A stretch of DNA of 61,323 bases from a virus (Duplodnaviria > Caudoviricetes). Made by a program: the position numbers and the translations under genes. Under the pieces are notes generated by a model. That model worked only from the letters and a program-made list of their open reading frames with translations. It ran no database searches and had not been told where the DNA came from. Shown piece by piece: positions 57,001 through 61,323 of this stretch. Numbering within the stretch: the stretch's first letter is position 1; each line of letters starts with the position of its first letter. The stretch covers positions 1 to 61,323 of IMG/VR virus record IMGVR_UViG_3300023174_007841; one strand, 5' to 3'.

Positions 57001-57239
57001 TTGGTACTGACTACATTAAAGACGCAGTTAGTAATCCCCTTAAGAACGAGTCGGTATTAAATGATAGCGCATACGTCAGACCTAATTTGCCGTTGGCTCT
57101 ACAGTCTACGCTTCAAAAGATGTCGACAGCCCTGCAGATGACGCAACATAAAAATTCGAGTCTTTTGTCCGAGGGAGAAAGTTCGCAGCTTTCATCGATA
57201 GCAGACGAAAACAACTTATTTATCATAGACGAAGATTGA
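54087..57239 (+). CDS. Portal protein (T4 gp20-like) containing an intein and a long acidic C-terminal tail
   Basis: EMEY|TPEIAATMDIYADE, IEDAMLVYRVVRAPERRVFYIDV.N.P, EDDYFIPVRG...IDTL.GG, ALKIP, EDIRFSR. Confidence 0.95.
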   Translation: MAKEKDQTLFQRLSKIFKSGPIVKRKIRNLDTTIAVADKTKSSGALLFQKSLAPTYATITANAYNLSERLMRYQDFQEMEYCLHKDTKIAVPGGYKTIEELSLECEADSNRTFVVYAYDHNLGRIVPAMGKQARQTRVDHAYTVTFDNEQKITGTPNHRLMKRDGTFCKIEDLKSGDAMMPFYRRDLFNGCKEEGEGYRWIYTMDRRSNMNGWVAEHRLIGEMMKGSELAADEVVHHVNFTKHDNRPENLRVMKDHDHRSLHTKIINGAKWSDQNSEWIERFKTNHSKFMSENNPAERKDITFGRILEVSERVNFNSKKLCEVLDTDPNVIKRKLRKHGYQDFQTFAKAYNPDWCNVGWDNQGKNNPRYNHSVTFDRICSAFSRGVSKKQLAVSLDTTTTVLDNRLKERGYKNYTEFSQTYDNLKVVSVEYHGVIPLYDLTVDGYKNFATDTVISHNTPEIAATMDIYADETVAQDDKGRVLHIYSDNEKIKEILEDLFYNTLNVEFNLRSWARNLVKYGDFFLYNDVSPQYGVINAFPIPVNEIEREENYDPNDPFAVRYRWVTLGNRTLENWEVTHFRLLGNDMFLPYGSSIIEAARRIWRQLILIEDAMLVYRVVRAPERRVFYIDVANIPPENVPMYVEEQRKNLRTNQVVDRATGRLDLRYAPLSIEDDYFIPVRGGESGTRIDTLAGGQNAAAVEDVAYIQKKLFAALKIPRAYLGYDEMLSSKATLAQEDIRFSRTINVIQKVLISELNKLAIIHLYSNGFDTEELQNFTLRLSNPSTVAQQQKLEIWRSKFEIAGSIPEGMGSKEFARKMIWGLTDEQIEQIDEQRYQEKLVDQVIEEAKPDEGTSGEETGGEETGGEETGGEETGSEETGGEEEAGGEEAGEDLFAGDDVEEKEPETELLMTGDADDLMPTLFEKDKLPVKAKSQLKKALYDRSRRKTRQDHMVDFKKMTDYDAEGMGMKNVFGTDYIKDAVSNPLKNESVLNDSAYVRPNLPLALQSTLQKMSTALQMTQHKNSSLLSEGESSQLSSIADENNLFIIDED
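54330..55457 (+). mobile_element. Intein (376 aa) with HNH endonuclease in the portal gene
   Basis: Starts CLHKDT after EMEY; block B GTPNHRLM; HNH motif EHRL...VVHHVNFTKHDNRPENL; ends YDLTVDGYKNFATDTVISHN followed by Thr. Confidence 0.95.
56649..56760 (+). repeat. 30-bp-period tandem repeat encoding GGEET units in the portal tail
   Basis: GAGGAAACTGGTGGAGAAGAGACTGGC(G/A)GT repeated about 2.7 times, then degenerate GGEEA copies. Confidence 0.9.
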
Positions 57240-57250
57240 AAGGTCGACAG

Positions 57251-58120
57251 ATGTCAAGATCCCACAATAAAAAACGCAACACGGCTTTACTATACGAGTT
57301 TTTAGTGAGAACAATTTCTAGTGCCCTGGTCGAAGGAGATAAGAAGAGGTCGTCGACTGCTCTTCGAATTCTTCGTAGATACTATAAGCCTGGAACACAT
57401 CTCTACAAGGAGTTCAGGCTCTTTAATGCTCTTGTAAAAACAACAGTTAGTTCTGATGCGGTCGTATCTTCAATTTTATCTGAGGCTCGCGCCGCCGCTG
57501 GAAATACCGAAGTCGATGCTCTTGATCGAGAAAAATCTTTATTGATTAGAAGCATCAACCATATGATTAAGGATGAAAATTTCTATGATCAACCGATCGC
57601 AGAATATCGACTTTATGCAACGATTCAAACTCTTTTAAATGAGTGGAGAAAACCTGCAGGTTCTGCCGACATTGCTTCTCTCGCTGGTTACGAAAATCAA
57701 CTTAGGGAATGGTTGTTGATCGAAAAGAAAAAAGAGGATCATGTTCTCATCGACGAGACGCCTGGTACAACGCGTCTCCTCATGAAAGTAATGATGAAGA
57801 AGTTGAACGAAAAATATTCTTTGACTCTTAACGAAGAGCAGCGAGAAATTATAAAAGCTTATGCTTTCTCCACGGCGAACGAAGATCAAACGACGATCAA
57901 GAAGAAGCTCGAAGATATTAGAGACAATCTATTAGAATCTATCGATCAATATGCGGAGCAGAAAAAGGAAGATAGATTTCTTGCGGATAAAATGCAAGAT
58001 GCTAAATCTAAGATAATGTCAGAGTCTCTTGAGATAGTCGACGATTCTACCGTATCTAAGTTTATGTTGTACTCTACGCTATGTCACGAGTTAACTACCG
58101 ACGAAGGAGAAAATTCATGA
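57251..58120 (+). CDS. Head-module protein between portal and protease (function unknown)
   Basis: MSRSHNKKRNTALLYEFLVR; helical; ATGA-coupled to the protease. Confidence 0.7.
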   Translation: MSRSHNKKRNTALLYEFLVRTISSALVEGDKKRSSTALRILRRYYKPGTHLYKEFRLFNALVKTTVSSDAVVSSILSEARAAAGNTEVDALDREKSLLIRSINHMIKDENFYDQPIAEYRLYATIQTLLNEWRKPAGSADIASLAGYENQLREWLLIEKKKEDHVLIDETPGTTRLLMKVMMKKLNEKYSLTLNEEQREIIKAYAFSTANEDQTTIKKKLEDIRDNLLESIDQYAEQKKEDRFLADKMQDAKSKIMSESLEIVDDSTVSKFMLYSTLCHELTTDEGENS

Positions 58121-58728
58121 AAGACTTACGCCTTTTAAATTCATATGAAATTTTTGATTACACGCCCGAGATGATCAAAGAATCTCGCGAAAAGAATGGC
58201 GGTAAGGTAATGATGAAGGGTATTCTGCAAAAGTCGGATACACTCAATCAAAATGGTCGTATTTATCCCGAGCACGTCCTCGAGCGCGAGGTTAGAAACT
58301 ATCAAAAATTCATAGTAGAGAATCGCGCTCTTGGAGAACTAGATCATCCTGATTCTTCGGTTGTTAATCTTAAGAATGTTTCTCACATTATAAGAGAAGC
58401 CCATCTCGATAGAGGCGTAGTGTATGGAACAGTCGAAATTTTGGACACGCCTTCTGGAAAGATCTTGCAATCGCTCGTTGAGTCCGGCGTAAAACTCGGC
58501 ATTTCTTCTCGTGGAGTGGGCTCGACAAAAAAACAAGGAGATTATCATGTCGTACAAGATGATTTCCAGCTTATTTGTTGGGACTATGTTTCCGAGCCAT
58601 CTACGCCTGGTGCCTTTATGTTGCCAGAGGGTCGTAGAATCACCTCCGCTGAACTTCAAAAAGTCTTTAATAAATCTGACAGAATTGACAGAATACTAAA
58701 TGATATAATTTCTTTTGGAGGAAAGTGA
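58117..58728 (+). CDS. Prohead maturation protease (T4 gp21-like)
   Basis: NQNGRIYP, ALGELDHP, VSH, DTPSG, LGISSRG.GS, WDYVSEPSTPGA. Confidence 0.95.
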   Translation: MKDLRLLNSYEIFDYTPEMIKESREKNGGKVMMKGILQKSDTLNQNGRIYPEHVLEREVRNYQKFIVENRALGELDHPDSSVVNLKNVSHIIREAHLDRGVVYGTVEILDTPSGKILQSLVESGVKLGISSRGVGSTKKQGDYHVVQDDFQLICWDYVSEPSTPGAFMLPEGRRITSAELQKVFNKSDRIDRILNDIISFGGK

Positions 58729-58732
58729 TGAT

Positions 58733-59149
58733 ATGGCGCTGAATAATCCTCTTACCGGTATAAATTCTACTTCAGAATTTCAATTATCTGGTTTACCTTG
58801 GGTCGTATCCGGCACGACAGTATCGAATGTTGTTACCAGATATCAATTGCCTAAAGTAACGAAAAGTATTACCATACATAACTTGGAACCTTCTTCAAAT
58901 AAAAAAATTCGTATAGGATTCACAGAAAATGGTGTGAACGGTGTCGCTGGTAATTATTTTTTTGCATTTGATTCTGGCGCTCTTGTCACGTTAGATGCAA
59001 GGGTTAAAGAATTTTATATTCGTGCTGATACTTTTTCTGATGAGCACGATTACAGCATTTATTGTTCTTTAACGACAATAGCATCAAATATGATGCCCAT
59101 CTTAACTGGATCAACTGGTGGTGAAACACTTTGGAACGGAGTTGGTTGA
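58733..59149 (+). CDS. Hypothetical beta-rich protein, possibly head decoration
   Basis: Beta-strand-like composition. Located in the head module. Confidence 0.6.
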   Translation: MALNNPLTGINSTSEFQLSGLPWVVSGTTVSNVVTRYQLPKVTKSITIHNLEPSSNKKIRIGFTENGVNGVAGNYFFAFDSGALVTLDARVKEFYIRADTFSDEHDYSIYCSLTTIASNMMPILTGSTGGETLWNGVG

Positions 59150-59150
59150 T

Positions 59151-59579
59151 ATGCCTGTTACAAAGCAGCAGCTAAAATTAATTGTAAAAGAATGTTTATT
59201 AGAAATTTTGTCAGAAGGAATATCAAATTCGACAGGAAATATTGTTGAATCTAAGAAGAAAGATATTCTAAAATTAAATTCGTCGCCTCATCCTTCTACA
59301 ATCATTAGACAAAATGCAAATAATGTTAGAGTTCAGTCGACCGCGCTAAAAGAAGCGATAAAAAGAGAAGCAGGCGGCAACGATATAATGGCTTCTATTT
59401 TGGCTGACACAGCTGAAAAAACCTTACCGACGATGCTTGAAAACGATCGTAGCAAGATTATGCCACCAGGCGGCGCTGCCGAGCGCGTAGTCGCTTCCCA
59501 TGATCCACAAGAGTTATTCGGAGAAGAAGCTGCTTCGAAGTGGGCAAATTTAGCATTTATGGGAATATCGAAGAAATAG
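59151..59579 (+). CDS. Hypothetical protein with a variant LKxIVxE leader
   Basis: MPVTKQQLKLIVKECLLEILSEG. Start placed at ATG 59151. Confidence 0.7.
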   Translation: MPVTKQQLKLIVKECLLEILSEGISNSTGNIVESKKKDILKLNSSPHPSTIIRQNANNVRVQSTALKEAIKREAGGNDIMASILADTAEKTLPTMLENDRSKIMPPGGAAERVVASHDPQELFGEEAASKWANLAFMGISKK

Positions 59580-59642
59580 CGTTTAAATTTTTCTTATTTT
59601 TATTTCATCTAGATATTTAGCAATGTTGTACGGAGAACATAT

Positions 59643-59882
59643 ATGAAACTTACGAGCCAATTACTCAAGAAGATCATCGCAGAAGAAGTTGCAAAGTTCG
59701 GCGACATGGGCGACCCTGAGGCCGTCGAGGCCGATGAACTTGATGCAGATGAGCACGGTTCAGACAAGGCGCTTGAAAAGAAGATCGATTATATCAAGGC
59801 GCTTAAGATTGAAGAGTCTCGTCTTCGTGCGCGCCTCAAGAAGGTCGCCGAAACCCGCACCCGCGTGGCTCGCAGCCTCTGA
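59643..59882 (+). CDS. Small protein with the LKxIIxEE leader
   Basis: MKLTSQLLKKIIAEEV; GGAG SD; ATATTTA at 59613. Confidence 0.75.
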   Translation: MKLTSQLLKKIIAEEVAKFGDMGDPEAVEADELDADEHGSDKALEKKIDYIKALKIEESRLRARLKKVAETRTRVARSL

Positions 59883-59912
59883 ATTTAAATTTTTAACTGA
59901 AAGGCGATTGTT

Positions 59913-60401
59913 ATGGGAACACCAGGCAGTGGAAGATACACAACTTATTTACCTGTTAATAGCGAAAAAGTTGAAAGACTTTCTAAACTATTTAAAGGCG
60001 GTTCTACAGATCTGTATGGTGGAGCTAAAAGCAATGCCGAAGCCGCCGCAGCAGCTGTTAAAACGCTAAACTCAGTCAGAGATGGTAAGGGAGATCAAGA
60101 CATGTTTGGAAATGGCGTGTCTTTAGAATATGCTGATTCTCCCAACACCGCTGAAGTAAAGTGGAAGAATCCTGGCGATCCTGCCAATCCCTATGTCCCT
60201 GACCTCACGTCTCCTGGCCCGGGAAATACGGACGGCGTACAAAAAGATACAGATCCCAAGATTAACAGCATCGACGTAAAGCCGAACTTTGATCCTGCGA
60301 ATCCGAGCGTCAATACGACGGCTCCATCTGCGACAGCGCCTCGCTTGGGCTCGGTCTCGGTAGGAGAAAATCTCGAAAAGGGAAAGAGTTCCGTCGAATA
60401 A
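59913..60401 (+). CDS. Hypothetical Pro/Gly-rich protein
   Basis: AAGG SD; PANPYVPDLTSPGPG. Confidence 0.7.
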   Translation: MGTPGSGRYTTYLPVNSEKVERLSKLFKGGSTDLYGGAKSNAEAAAAAVKTLNSVRDGKGDQDMFGNGVSLEYADSPNTAEVKWKNPGDPANPYVPDLTSPGPGNTDGVQKDTDPKINSIDVKPNFDPANPSVNTTAPSATAPRLGSVSVGENLEKGKSSVE

Positions 60402-60447
60402 CACTGGCGGTAGAGAATAGTTAATGGGTATAAGAGAGGTCTGATAC

Positions 60448-61323
60448 ATGTCAAAGCAATTGTACGAAGAGGCTTTAGCCGACGTGAAGAAGCTAAAGGA
60501 GATAGCAGAAGACAACGCCAAGAAGGCTTTGATCGAAGCAGTTTCGCCTAGAATTAAAGATTTAATCGAGGCAGAACTTCTCCGCGAGGCCGGAGAAATG
60601 GAAGATGATCTTTTGCTCGATGAAGAACCACCTGCGCCGGACGACGCCGCAGCTCCTGTCCCGACCGCTCTTGATCCAGCAGTTGTCCCTGCGATGTCGC
60701 CTCCTGACGAGGAAGGAAAAGTTACTCTCGACCTCGACGCCCTGAGCGTACAACCGTCTGGTGCAGAATTTGAGTTAAGCAACGAATCTATTAAACTGAT
60801 CAATCCGCTCGTCAATAAGCTTAATTCTGCAACAGCTCTTCGGGTAGAGTCCAGACTCTTCCAACTAAACGAAGCGGTACAAAGGTTTTTGGGAGCTAGC
60901 ACTTCTTTAAAGAAGACTGCAAGTTACCAACTTAAAATTTTGGAGATGGTCTCTGAAATTGAAAAGACTTATGAATTTTTGCAGGAATCTGCAAAAAACC
61001 TTCAAGACAAAGGAGTCTACGAAGGAAAGTTAGAAGATCTATATAAGAAACTCAACAAGCTCGTGGAGCAATACAACATGAAAAAGAACTTGAAGTCATT
61101 AACTGAGGCAGAAATAACTCTTAAGCTCACAAACGTTCCCGATGAAGTCAAGGATAATCTTGACGACCTCGGCGTCGACCTCGTGGCCGATGAAGCTGGC
61201 GAAGAGGGCGGAGCCGAAGGTGATGAGTCAGATCTCGATCTCGGCGGTGACGACGAGGGCTCCGAGGGCGGCGATGAGGCAGAAGATTCCGACGAGGGTG
61301 ACGATGAACTCGACCTCGGTGGA
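60448..61323 (+). CDS. Probable prohead core/scaffold protein (partial, runs off the window edge)
   Basis: Not in the ORF track. GAGG SD, then MSKQLYEEALADVKKLKEIAEDNAKKALIEAVSPRIKDLIEAELLREAG..., open for 292 codons and very acidic. Lies downstream of the protease. Confidence 0.75.
   Translation, partial: MSKQLYEEALADVKKLKEIAEDNAKKALIEAVSPRIKDLIEAELLREAGEMEDDLLLDEEPPAPDDAAAPVPTALDPAVVPAMSPPDEEGKVTLDLDALSVQPSGAEFELSNESIKLINPLVNKLNSATALRVESRLFQLNEAVQRFLGASTSLKKTASYQLKILEMVSEIEKTYEFLQESAKNLQDKGVYEGKLEDLYKKLNKLVEQYNMKKNLKSLTEAEITLKLTNVPDEVKDNLDDLGVDLVADEAGEEGGAEGDESDLDLGGDDEGSEGGDEAEDSDEGDDELDLGG

Noticed and set aside
60123-60902. 259-aa minus-strand ORF, and similar shadows such as 22093-22734 (+), 48947-49483 (-) and 44913-45374 (-)
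   Set aside because: Antisense to well-supported genes, with Ser-rich mirror composition and no motifs.
1-61323. Stop-codon reassignment as in some jumbo phages
   Set aside because: Genes are full length under code 11, and TAA, TAG and TGA all end recognisable proteins at the expected places.
1-61323. tRNA, rRNA or other structured RNA genes
   Set aside because: Intergenic gaps are short and I saw no cloverleaf or T-loop signature. A tRNAscan/Infernal run was not possible.

Overview
This window is a segment of a large tailed dsDNA phage genome (Caudoviricetes, probably jumbo-sized, standard code 11). It is not a bacterial chromosome: it has a T4-like head module (terminase large subunit, intein-containing portal, gp21-type prohead protease, probable scaffold). 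From left to right: (1) about 1-19.9 kb, minus strand, a translationally coupled cluster of about 21 glycan genes (GT2/GT4/GT7-like glycosyltransferases, Gmd, RmlB, cupin, DegT-type aminotransferase, GNAT, NeuA, NeuB, two UDP-sugar dehydrogenases, methyltransferases, a deacetylase) plus a solo Cas4-like nuclease; (2) about 20-28.6 kb, a degenerate GroEL-like protein, ClpP, DinG-like helicase, Hc1-like histone, a stand-alone sigma region-4 protein and PIN-PhoH; (3) about 28.6-44.4 kb, large probable tail/baseplate genes interrupted by a 1.65 kb homing-endonuclease cassette that carries a foreign copy of the next gene's 5' end; (4) about 44.5-51.2 kb, gp4/TnsA-like nuclease, RuvC-like resolvase, primase and a fused Mre11-Rad50; (5) about 51.6-61.3 kb, the head module. 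The most interesting signals are a candidate phage-encoded nonulosonic (sialic-like) acid and amino-sugar virion glycosylation system with [ST]G[ST]-rich structural proteins as possible acceptors, a shared N-terminal 'LRxIIxEE' leader on five unrelated late proteins (candidate capsid-targeting signal), an apparently ATPase-dead chaperonin, and leaderless promoters with start-occluding hairpins on DNA-metabolism genes. All annotation was by eye from motifs; no database search was run.
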